Positions 11,725-23,620 of a stretch of 64,000 nt of DNA are shown here, piece by piece. The notes under the pieces were generated by a model that had not been told where the DNA came from, ran no database searches, and was given only the letters and a program-made list of their open reading frames with translations. The DNA is taken from positions 1,504,001 through 1,568,000 of the forward strand of contig OY762428.1 of assembly GCA_963665665.1 (NCBI GenBank), read 5' to 3'. A program made the position numbers and the translations under genes. This DNA comes from Candidatus Kapaibacterium sp. Lineage in GTDB: Bacteria > Bacteroidota > Ignavibacteria > Kapaibacteriales > UBA2268. The first letter of the stretch is position 1; every line of letters begins with the position of its first letter.

Positions 11725-12354
11725 TTAATCTGCCAATTCGTTTAAGATAGTTTCACATTTAGCGGAATGATTAGACGCATCGGTAATAAGCGATGAGACT
11801 GCAATTCCATTAATACCGAGTCCCATTAAAGGCTTAATATCTTTAGTTTGAATACCGCCAATAGCTATAATCGGAATATTGATATTGTTTTTTATACAAT
11901 CGTTTATTATTGTTTTATATCCTTCCATTCCGAGTATAGGGCTTAATTTCTTTTTTGTTTTTGTAAACCTGAAAGGCCCAAGCCCGATATAATCAACGGC
12001 AGATAAATACAGTTTTTTTATGTCTTCAAATGTATTTGCCGTAGCACCGATTACTGCATCGTTTCCAAGTATGGCTCTTGCTTCAAGCGGATTCATATCC
12101 TCTTTTCCAAGATGAACGCCGCAATCGAATTCTTTTGCAATATCAACGTGATCGTTAATTATTAAAGTCACATTGTTTGTTAAGCATAATTTTTTTAATA
12201 TTGATGTATTCCGGCGAATTTCACTAACGGGAAAATCCTTCATTCTTAGTTGAATCCATCTACACCCGCCCCTGATCACTTCCCCGGCAAGTGGTATATG
12301 TCCTGCTATGTTTGTTGAATGTGTAATAAAATGTAATTTTTCTATATTCTTCAT
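11725..12354 (-). CDS. thiE: Thiamine-phosphate synthase
   Basis: [34 protein letters not shown]. Confidence 0.93.
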   Translation of the reverse strand: MKNIEKLHFITHSTNIAGHIPLAGEVIRGGCRWIQLRMKDFPVSEIRRNTSILKKLCLTNNVTLIINDHVDIAKEFDCGVHLGKEDMNPLEARAILGNDAVIGATANTFEDIKKLYLSAVDYIGLGPFRFTKTKKKLSPILGMEGYKTIINDCIKNNINIPIIAIGGIQTKDIKPLMGLGINGIAVSSLITDASNHSAKCETILNELAD

Positions 12355-12367
12355 TTTAAATCTATCA

Positions 12368-15033
<2,666 letters not shown>

Positions 15034-15074
15034 ATTCTTTCCTTCAAATTTAACAGGGTTTATGAGCCATGGAG

Positions 15075-15154
15075 TTTATTTTCCCTACGTCGGTACTAAC
15101 CGAATCAGGTTCAAAGGGTATGATCTCAGCCAAACAGGCACCCCTGCAATAAAA
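15075..15154 (-). promoter_or_regulatory. TPP riboswitch
   Basis: Minus strand GGGGTGCCTGTTTGGCTGAGATCATACCCTTTGAACCTGATTCGGTTAGTACCGACGTAGGGAA with P1 TTTATT/AATAAA, directly upstream of thiS. Confidence 0.95.
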
Positions 15155-15231
15155 TTAAATTTTTACAACAGCAAAATTATGAAAATTACTATTAATGTGC
15201 AAACCTGATCATTCCGGGCGAACATTGTATC

Positions 15232-15368
15232 GCACAAATTTGACAAATATATTCTTTGAGAATAATTTCTGATCAAAATGCAAAAACCCGCTACAGTTCT
15301 ACCTATAGCGGGTTTTTATTTTCGAGCCAACATGCGGACTTGAACCGCAGACCTGCTCATTACGAATG
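15232..15368 (-). repeat. att site distal to the tRNA: tRNA-Thr 3' fragment (15325-15368) plus duplicated terminator
   Basis: Matches 31739-31875; identity stops just past the anticodon loop. Confidence 0.92.
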
Positions 15369-15411
15369 TTGACGTTATTGCCGTATTTTAACAAATATAG
15401 GCGTTTTTGAT

Positions 15412-15456
15412 AAAGTTCTAATAATTGTTCTAATAACGATAACTTTCATTAGAACT
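15412..15456. other. Putative integrase arm-type binding sites
   Basis: GTTCTAATAA twice in tandem plus inverted TTAGAAC; the same tandem occurs at 31689-31716. Confidence 0.65.
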
Positions 15457-15529
15457 GCATGATAACAATTTTGGTTCAAATAATGATTTTTCATAAATTA
15501 TAAAGTAGACAACTATTCAAAATCAATCA

Positions 15530-16208
15530 TTGAGGTTCCAAATGAGTTACTATTTTACCGATCCTACAAATATGATAGAATACGAAATTTCATTAACATC
15601 ATTATCTAATTATCCAAGTTTGAGAATTCAGGATTTAGATAAAGATTTAAAACAATATTCTAATCCTGAAGAAAAAAATATTCTGGTACAAAAAGTACAA
15701 AAAAATATATGATGAAGCAAACATTATAAATGAGTCTATAATTGCGAACATGCCCAGTCAAATTGATGTCGAATTTTATAATTGCTTAATAAAACAAATT
15801 AAAGACATTATTAACTTAATAATTTATAAAATAGATGCCTTAGAAGAATATAGTTCATCAGTGAATAAACCAGCAAAGAATACAGGAAGCAAAGCTAAAG
15901 CCCCATTGAAGAATAGAGCTTATTTCATGTATCGTTTACTGATTTATATGAATATGAAAACAACCATACCTAAAACAAAAATTTACGATTTGATGGCTTA
16001 TGCTACCGGTACACATCCAAGTTATATGAAAGACGTTTTACTACCAATTATTAGATATTTTGAACAGATAAGCAGTGAAAACCCCTATGAAAAGAATCCA
16101 ATTCAATATTTAACCAGGGAAGATATTGAAGAAATGCTTGATTTACTCATCGGAATTGGTAAGGACGATATTGCTGAGTTTTTTAGAGATGATTTAGAAA
16201 TTATTTAA
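15530..16208 (+). pseudogene. Hypothetical gene split by a frameshift in an A7 run
   Basis: ORFs 15530-15712 and 15750-16208 join (KVQKIYDEANIINESIIANMPSQ) if one A is removed at 15699-15705. Confidence 0.5.
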
Positions 16209-16505
16209 AAAAAGAGAAAAAAGAATTAAAGTGAAGTACTCCAGTCATACTCCACGGAATTTATTTTTGTTCCCAGAATGAAATTGTAAAATAATTATCT
16301 GGGAATTTTTATGGGAATCCGAAGCAATCAAACTCAAAAATTTGATAAAGATCATCGTCAGATAGCCTTAATAAATCTTGCCCTCACATTCAGGATTTTT
16401 ACTGCTCCGACAAAGATCAAAATCTTGCTCCGTACGGGAGTTGTATATTTGTGTACATTCATTGAAGAATCGAATCAATTCACCTTTTGGGCGCATAAGT
16501 TAATT

Positions 16506-16546
16506 CCAGATTTGTCATTAGGATGATTTTCTAATGACAAATCTGG
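16506..16546. repeat. 16-bp perfect inverted repeat
   Basis: CCAGATTTGTCATTAG-N9-CTAATGACAAATCTGG. Confidence 0.85.
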
Positions 16547-16682
16547 GTTAATACCAATTTGCGAAACATTTATTACTTATTAAATGCACAATAGTATTTT
16601 TCTTGAAACATATTTTTCGCTTATCAAATTAGCTTTTCAAAATATGACAATCTTATTTCTTCAATAACTATAGGAAAACAAA

Positions 16683-16985
16683 ATGACCACACGGCATAAT
16701 TTGGAAGAAAATGGCTATCAATTGCCACATATCATTGATCTAACTCGTAAAGATGTACGTTCTATCAGGCAAAGAGCAGGATTTACACAAAAGGATATTG
16801 CAAGGATATGGGGTCTTAAATACGGCAATTCTTATTCCAGCTATGAAAACAACAAAAAACGTAAACATGAGCTGATCCCTATTAAACGTGTAAGACTATT
16901 GATCGAAGCGATTAACAACGAATATGGCGAAGGAATATTCGAAGTTATGTACAGAGAACTTCAGAAAAGGAAAAAGTCCGGTTAA
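16683..16985 (+). CDS. XRE/Cro-like HTH protein
   Basis: VRSIRQRAGFTQKDIARIWG...YSSYEN. Confidence 0.75.
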   Translation: MTTRHNLEENGYQLPHIIDLTRKDVRSIRQRAGFTQKDIARIWGLKYGNSYSSYENNKKRKHELIPIKRVRLLIEAINNEYGEGIFEVMYRELQKRKKSG

Positions 16986-17101
16986 TCCAGTTTTTTATAT
17001 CCGCTTCCGGGACAGCTGCTGAAAGGTGGCTGTCCCGGCTTTATAAAAATTGTTCTGCATAACTTTACGACTTTCAAATGATGATTGTATGCTTACCAAA
17101 A

Positions 17102-17128
17102 ACAGCCGGACTCATTGAATCCGGCTGT
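17102..17128. terminator. Intrinsic terminator hairpin between convergent genes; a second hairpin lies at 17007-17038
   Basis: ACAGCCGGA-CTCATTGAA-TCCGGCTGT. Confidence 0.6.
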
Positions 17129-17149
17129 GATATTGAAAAAGAATAATGT

Positions 17150-19480
17150 TTATTTATTTAGGATGAGCCTGCAAGATTTTGTGAAGCTCTCTGAGGAGAT
17201 TCTGAATATGTAAACACCGCTGTTAAGACTGCTGCCATCAACTTCGAAGTTATGGAAGCCATTACCAATATTACCTGAGTATATATTTTTGACTACTTTG
17301 CCGTTAATATCGCAAAGTTCTATTTCTACATTCATATCTTCCGGCAGGTTAACACCAATGTTTGTTTTGCTGTCAAACGGATTTGGATATGCCAGGCTGA
17401 GCATTACATCGCCCGGGGCAGCATCCTCGAATTCATATACTTTCCAGTCGCCGTAAGATATTTTTCCGGAGGCTGGAGCAGGATATGTCACTGTTCCGAG
17501 CCTGTAACGGTCGGAGAGGAAATCGTACACTTCCTGTCCGGTTGCCTGGTCAAAAGCGCTGTTGTAGAGAATTACGTCGCCGATAGCCCCGTTGAAAGTA
17601 CATGAGTAAGTTTCGCCTGTGTTGTAGTCGTGGAAACATGTTCTTGCAGCTCCGCCTACGCCTGTATGGTCTTCGCCGTCTTTCGATATACCTGCAAACG
17701 GAATCTGATCTGATTGCACAAGCATATCGCCACCCGACTTACTGACAGTAGCCTGAAAATCGGTTCCGTCATACTCAAGCTGGGCAATATAAACGGAATT
17801 GACATCGAGAGGATAAATGCTGTTATCCATCGGCGGATCATAAACCATGAATTTTTGCTGGAAGCGATTCCACATGCCGAATGCCAGCTTGCCGTTGATA
17901 ATATAGATATTATATCCCGAAAGCGGCCCGCCTGCTTCGAATATCACCTGCCTGCCATCGGAATAATATGGTTCCGGGTCGCCATCAGCATCAACAGAAC
18001 TGCCCGTTTTGAACACGACAATAAGCGTTTTCGGGCTGTTGTCAGGAGACCACTGGTCTTCAGTGGCAGTTGTAATTTCCGCGTTGTATGGGCTTGTCAT
18101 GATGTCTGAATTTGCGTAGCCGGATGAAGAATAATCATTGGCAAACTCAATTCCGGTTATACCGACGCCGAATTTATCTGCTACCTGCTTGGGCTGCTTA
18201 TTCTCATCAGTTTGTGTTGCATTTTCTTTCGGGAATGTAACATCCGTCCATACATCAAAGAAACTATCAGGTGCAATCGGGCTATCTTTTTCACCGTCAG
18301 CGTCTTTATCCTGGCCATTGAGCCAAAGGACGAGATCTGACATATTGGGACTATTAACTGTATTTACATTTAATAAAGCTAACGAATACTCTTTTCCGCC
18401 TGCAACTAATGCCCAGTTTGTTCTGCTATCTAATTGCACAAAGCTGCTTTTCGCAGTTTTATTTCCTATACCCAACTGTCCATAATTATTCGTGCCACAG
18501 GACCATAGTGTTCCGTCGTTTTTGATTGCCAGGGTGTGATAAGCGCCACATGATACCAACTTCCAGCTGGATTCGCTGCTTACATGCAAAGGGCTGCTTT
18601 GATTAGCTGTCGATCCTATGCCAAGCTGGCCAATACCATTGTAACCCCAGGCCCACATCGTCCCGTCGGTCTGGATTGCTAAAGTGTGATAATCGCCACA
18701 TGATACCAACTTCCAGTTTGTACCACTTCCTACCTGCACAGGGTTGCTTTGATCAGATGTTGATCCAATACCAAGTTCGCCATAATAATTATTGCCCCAG
18801 GCCCATAATGTCCCGTCGGTCTGAATTGCTAAAGTGTGATAAGCGCCACATGATACCGATTTCCAGTTTGTACTGCTTCCCACCTGTACAGGGCTACTTT
18901 GATTATCTGTCGATCCTATGCCAAGTTGTCCATAATTATTATAGCCCCAGGACCATAATGTCCCGTCGGTCTTGATTGCTAATGTGTGATATTTACCACA
19001 TGATACCGACTTCCAGTTTGTAGCGCTTCCCACTTTTACAGGGCTACTTTGATTAGTAGTACCTCCTATGCCCAGTAGTCCCAATCCATTACCATCGTAT
19101 CCCCAAGCCCACATCGTTCCGTCGGTCTTGATTGCTAAAGTGTGATAAGCGCCGCATGATACCGACTTCCAGTTTGTACCGCTTCCCACTTTTACAGGGC
19201 TACTTTGATTAGTAGTACTTCCTATGCCCAGCTGGCCATAACTGTTATAGCCCCAAGACCATAGAGTTCCATCGTCCTTTAGTGCCAGTGTGTGATAAGC
19301 CCCGCACGAAACCGAAGCAAACTCGCCCAAAACAGGTACAGGAGCTAATTTATCTGTTGTCGTACCGTCGCCTAACTGACCGTGCTCATTTTTTCCCCAG
19401 CCATACAATTCCTGTTGGGCAAGGGTGGTAAATGCGCTGATAAAAATTAAAATTACGATACTTAGTAATAACCTTTTCAT
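17150..19480 (-). CDS. Secreted RCC1-repeat beta-propeller + LamG-like domain + T9SS C-terminal domain
   Basis: Signal peptide from ATG 19480; repeated [29 protein letters not shown]; [17 protein letters not shown]...[8 protein letters not shown] CTD. Confidence 0.88.
   Translation of the reverse strand: [776 protein letters not shown]
18480..19310 (-). repeat. Near-identical intragenic tandem repeats (~156 bp, RCC1 blades)
   Basis: Recurrent GTGTGATAAGCGCCACATGATACC...TTCCAGTTTGTA units. Confidence 0.85.
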
Positions 19481-19940
19481 GTTAGCCTCATTATAAATAT
19501 TGAAGTAAATCGATAATAATATTAACCGGCAAAATGATATAAACTTTAAAATCCCTTGATTCAATTTTTCATGTTTTATAAAATATTTCTAAGCAAGTAT
19601 CCATAATATTTTTAACTTATGCAAGCATTTGCCTCCAAAATACCTACAACTACGTAGCAAAATCAGTATTTCATGGTATGCTGTTTCTACGTATTTATTG
19701 GTATATACAGCGATAAATTTTGGAGATATGGATATTTTAAAAAACAGATAATCTTTACAGGAAGACTAAGCTAAAATTCTTCTTCATCCCCTTGCCTTTC
19801 TCCAAAAAATTTGCGATATTGGAAATTGAATGCTCGCGGGGGAGTATTCCGGTTATGGCAGAGCGAAGGGTAGTAAAAATTTAAGTAAAGCAGCAGTCAT
19901 TTGACTGGTGTTTTTGTTGGTTTGAATTTATGAGGCTGAT

Positions 19941-20132
19941 ATGAATGTTCCGGATACAGATATTAATCTTGTCGAAGAATTCGGCCAGATCGCCTATAAG
20001 CTCTACAACCTGACTTACGATGAATGCAAAACCGTTGACCCGGAATTCGATGCCGCCCTTACCCTTGCAGGCCTCAACAAAGAAGACTACTAAAGAATGA
20101 GTATTGAAGAACAGGCGGAACTGGAGGAGTAA
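19941..20132 (+). pseudogene. C-terminal remnant of a type IIG/Eco57I-TaqI-like restriction-modification gene
   Basis: Hand translation ...EEFGQIAYKLYNLTYDECKTVDPEF...KEDY*RMSIEEQAELEE*, matching the IDxxVYxLYxLTxEE tail; internal TAA at 20091. Confidence 0.65.
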
Positions 20133-20190
20133 AAAAGTTGCAATATAAACTATATAATGAAAACAAAAGAAGTAATTCAAAGAAAGATAG

Positions 20191-21183
20191 ATGAAAAAAG
20201 AAAATAAACAATCGGCATTTATTTTGTTCAAAACAGAAGATCAAAAAATATCGGTAGATGTACGCTTTGAAGAAGAAACAGTATGGTTATCGCAAGAACA
20301 GATGGCTGCTTTGTTTGAACGGGACAGAAGCGTTATTACAAAGCATATTGCTAAAATATTTTTGGAAGGTGAATTGGAAGAAGAAAGCAATGTGCAATTT
20401 TTGCACATTGCAAATTCAGATAAACCGGTAAAGTTTTACAACCTGAATGTAATTATTTCTGTGGGTTACAGGGTGAAATCTCTCAGAGGTACCCAGTTCC
20501 GTATTTGGGCAACCCAGCGGCTGAACGAATATATCCGCAAAGGTTTTACAATGGATGATGAGCGTCTCAAAAATTTGGGCGGCGGCAGCTATTGGAAAGA
20601 ATTATTGCAGCGCATACGCGACATTCGCGCTTCCGAGAAAGTGTTTTACCGTCAGGTTCTGGATATTTACGCAACAAGTATTGATTACGATCCCAAAGCG
20701 GATGTTTCGATCACATTTTTTAAAAAAGTACAAAACAAAATTCATTATGCGGTACACGGCCAAACTGCAGCCGAAGTTATTTTTAACCGTGCCGATGCTG
20801 AAAAGGACTTTATGGGTTTGATGACATTCCCGGGCAATCGTCCCTATTTAAAAGATGTTGTTATAGCAAAAAAATATTTAGACGAAAAAGAACTTCGCTC
20901 TCTTGGTCAAATAGTATCGGGGTATTTGGATTTTGCCGAACGTCAGGCCGAACGTGAGCAAGCAATGACTATGAATGATTGGTCTGAACATCTGGACAGA
21001 ATTCTAATAATGAGCGGAGAAGAACTGTTGAAGGGCGCAGGTAAAATCAGTCATAACGAAGCTGTTGAAAAGGCTACAACAGAATATAGGAAGTATCAGC
21101 AAAAAACGCTCAGCGAAGTAGAAAAAAATTATTTGGATAGTTTGAAAATGTTAGAAACCCAATCCAATAAGAAAAAGAAATGA
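20191..21183 (+). CDS. rhuM: Virulence RhuM family DNA-binding protein
   Basis: ETVWLSQEQMAALF, YNLNVIISVGYRVKSLRGTQFRIWA, IRDIRASEKVFYRQV. Confidence 0.92.
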   Translation: MKKENKQSAFILFKTEDQKISVDVRFEEETVWLSQEQMAALFERDRSVITKHIAKIFLEGELEEESNVQFLHIANSDKPVKFYNLNVIISVGYRVKSLRGTQFRIWATQRLNEYIRKGFTMDDERLKNLGGGSYWKELLQRIRDIRASEKVFYRQVLDIYATSIDYDPKADVSITFFKKVQNKIHYAVHGQTAAEVIFNRADAEKDFMGLMTFPGNRPYLKDVVIAKKYLDEKELRSLGQIVSGYLDFAERQAEREQAMTMNDWSEHLDRILIMSGEELLKGAGKISHNEAVEKATTEYRKYQQKTLSEVEKNYLDSLKMLETQSNKKKK

Positions 21184-21276
21184 GTATTGAAGAACCGGCG
21201 GGGCTTCGGCTTTAGAATTTTCAATTCATAATTTGTAATTTATAAACTTATAGATTTTTAAACTTATTGAATTAGA

Positions 21277-21657
21277 ATGGCTAAGGAATATAAATACGAT
21301 CTGGAAGAAAGAACGGCTCTTTTCGGAGAGCAGGTAATTGCCTTTTCCCGGTCCATAAAATTGGATATAATTTCGAAGCCATTAGTATCCCAAATTGTAC
21401 GTTCAGCCACGAGTATTGGAGCAAACTATATGGAAGCCAACGGAGCTTCCTCAAAAAAGGATTTCAGAAATAAAATTTATATTGCCAAAAAGGAAGCGAA
21501 AGAAACACAACATTGGCTTCGTATGATAAGCAAAGCATGTCCCGAAAAAGCAGATGAAGCAAGAAAAATCTGGAAGGAATGTAAAGAAATAGTCTTGATA
21601 TTTCAATCAATTTGTAATAAAATAAACAGAGAAGAGAAAACTTCAGACGGTGTCTGA
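21277..21657 (+). CDS. Four-helix-bundle protein (23S rRNA IVP-like, TIGR02436)
   Basis: QIVRSATSIGANYMEA...DFRNKIYIAKKEAKETQHWL. Confidence 0.92.
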   Translation: MAKEYKYDLEERTALFGEQVIAFSRSIKLDIISKPLVSQIVRSATSIGANYMEANGASSKKDFRNKIYIAKKEAKETQHWLRMISKACPEKADEARKIWKECKEIVLIFQSICNKINREEKTSDGV

Positions 21658-21719
21658 AAAATTTCAATTCTCCTAAATTATTTAAAAATTAAGAACTAAA
21701 AATTAAAATTTGAGTAAAT

Positions 21720-22045
21720 ATGGAATTTAAGCAATTACCGGATTTGATAAATATTTTGCAGGAAACTGCTCAAAACAAGGCATTGCAAAGTGTGAACAGA
21801 ATGCTTACAATTCGCAACTAGCTTATCGGTTACTACATCGTCGAATATGAACAGAACGGCGAGGACAGGGCGGAATATGGAGCCCGGCTGCTTGAAAAAT
21901 TAGCTGTCGAACTAAAGAAGAAGAAACTAAAGGGAATGTCAAAAACTAATTTAAAGCAGTTCAGAACATTTTTCCTTATTTATCCGCAAATAGGTCAGAC
22001 AGTGTCTGACGAATTTAAAAAAATCAGCAGACAGCGTCTGATAAA
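21720..22045 (+). pseudogene. YhcG/DUF1016 N-terminal fragment with a nonsense codon
   Basis: MEFKQL...VNRMLTIRN*LIGYYIVEYEQNGEDRAEYG...YPQIGQTVSDEF; TAG at 21819 replaces the usual W; no nuclease C-terminus. Confidence 0.85.
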
Positions 22046-22112
22046 TAAACGGAGCTGGAGGTGTGCTAAAGTGAAAATTAAGACAATAAAATAAACTTAT
22101 AAGTTGATTATT

Positions 22113-22655
22113 ATGAAAATTATCCCTATTTTTGACAAGGATAATAAACTTCTTTCGTTTATATATGAAGAAAATGTTGTTTGTGAATTCGAACGTTTAT
22201 TTGATCTTTGGAATGATATTGAATACCTGGAGTCTTTTTTCCACGACAACGAATCGTATCTGAGAGACAGCTATTGGGATGGAAAATCGAAAGATTATTT
22301 AGTAAGAAAGACAAGAGAAATCGCAAATGATTTTGAAGACAAATTAATTGAATACGAGAATGTTGCGGATGACGACCAAATACGATTTTTGCAGGAATTA
22401 TTCGAGCCTCTCGGCCAAAGTGATTTTACAACCTAGGTTCTAACTAAAAGCAAAGCGAAAGAATTCTGGCTTCGAATTTATGCCTTGAAAGTAGATAGAT
22501 CTACATATATTATCACCGGAGGCGCTATAAAACTTACAAAACGGATGGAAGATCATGAAGCAACAAAATTAGAATTGAGAAAATTGGAAAAATGCAGAAA
22601 CTGGTTGTATAACCAAGGTATAACAGAAATTGAACAAATTGAAATTACTATATAG
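22113..22655 (+). pseudogene. RelE/HigB-like toxin interrupted by an in-frame TAG
   Basis: Frame continues after TAG 22434-22436: VLTKSKAKEFWLRIYALKVDRSTYIITGGAIKLTKRMEDH...; 180 codons in total. Confidence 0.75.
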
Positions 22656-22663
22656 AGCAGAAT

Positions 22664-23101
22664 ATGAAAAAAGATACTGATATATTGCAAAATTTGATCT
22701 CTGATACGCCTTCGAATTGGAAGGCTAAAGCCGAATACCGGAAAACCAATAAAGCCTGGCTGGATAAATCTGCCGATATAGCATTACTTATTCTTGAACA
22801 TTTACGGCAAAATAAAATCAGCCAGAAGCAGCTTGCTGAAATGATTGATGTAAGCCCGCAATTTGTTAACAAGTTAGTTAAGGGTAGCGAAAATCTGACG
22901 TTAAAAACAATATCAAATATCGAAAATGCTCTCGGGATAAGCTTGATCAAAGTTCAGAATGTAGCAGAGAGTATTGCTCTTGACAAAATTCCGATTCCTC
23001 CATCAATTGAATACTCGCAAGAGGTTTCTAATGAATTTGATTTTGCAAACCGTTTTGAAGAACTAAATGAAAATTGTCTAATTTATAGATTAGGCGCATG
23101 A
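22664..23101 (+). CDS. XRE-HTH antitoxin (HigA-like) with a C-terminal extension
   Basis: ISQKQLAEMIDVSPQFVNKLVKGSENLTLKTISNIENALG plus a ~50-aa tail. Confidence 0.85.
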   Translation: MKKDTDILQNLISDTPSNWKAKAEYRKTNKAWLDKSADIALLILEHLRQNKISQKQLAEMIDVSPQFVNKLVKGSENLTLKTISNIENALGISLIKVQNVAESIALDKIPIPPSIEYSQEVSNEFDFANRFEELNENCLIYRLGA

Positions 23102-23541
23102 TGAAAAGCAATGTGACGATTAAGTTTAAGCTTGCCGGAATAAAAACAGAACAATTTGCAATTATTGAAGAGAACTTTGATGACACGGCAAAAATTGAAA
23201 TTAATGTAGATTTCAAATTTGGCGGAAACGCAGTACAAAAGGGAGTCGGAGTTCTGGCTTCATTCACATATCTTAATCAAACAAAAGCATTTTTAAAAAT
23301 TGCAATTGGATGTCATTTCCAATTTGATGACGAAGCCTGGAGTAAAATTCAGTCCGATAAGCAGGAATTGATAATTCCGGTAAATATTATAAGGCACTTG
23401 GCTGTTTTAACTGTCGGAACTTGTCGCGGCGTTCTTCATGCCAAAACGGAAAATACAAAATTTAATCAGTTTTTCCTTCCAACAATTAACGTTGAAACTA
23501 TATTGAAGGATGATATTGTGATACAATTAGAGACTGTATAA
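23098..23541 (+). CDS. SecB-like chaperone
   Basis: 147 aa beta-beta-alpha pattern ending GTCRGVLHAKTENTKFNQFFLPTINV (SecB-like LPxIN); ATGA overlap with the antitoxin. Confidence 0.72.
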   Translation: MMKSNVTIKFKLAGIKTEQFAIIEENFDDTAKIEINVDFKFGGNAVQKGVGVLASFTYLNQTKAFLKIAIGCHFQFDDEAWSKIQSDKQELIIPVNIIRHLAVLTVGTCRGVLHAKTENTKFNQFFLPTINVETILKDDIVIQLETV

Positions 23542-23620
23542 CATCTTTATTCTACTTTAAGGTTGGTAAGCATAACGCAAAAATCTATACGCACTTTATC
23601 AGCTTATAAGGAAATTGGAA

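Noticed and set aside
15325-15368. Second tRNA-Thr gene
   Set aside because: Only the 3' 44 nt are present; it is the att duplication
18480-19310. CRISPR array or DGR template/variable repeats
   Set aside because: Repeats are in-frame RCC1 blades; no cas or reverse transcriptase gene in the window
19881-20231. 116-aa minus-strand ORF
   Set aside because: Antisense to the R-M remnant and the rhuM start; no recognisable features
21277-21657. DGR accessory (Avd) gene
   Set aside because: No reverse transcriptase and no TR/VR pair seen nearby
21819-22436. Stop-codon reassignment (TAG read-through) in the island
   Set aside because: One TAG replaces a conserved Trp (TGG to TAG), the nearby R-M remnant is broken by TAA, and TAG ends normal genes in the window; simple decay fits better
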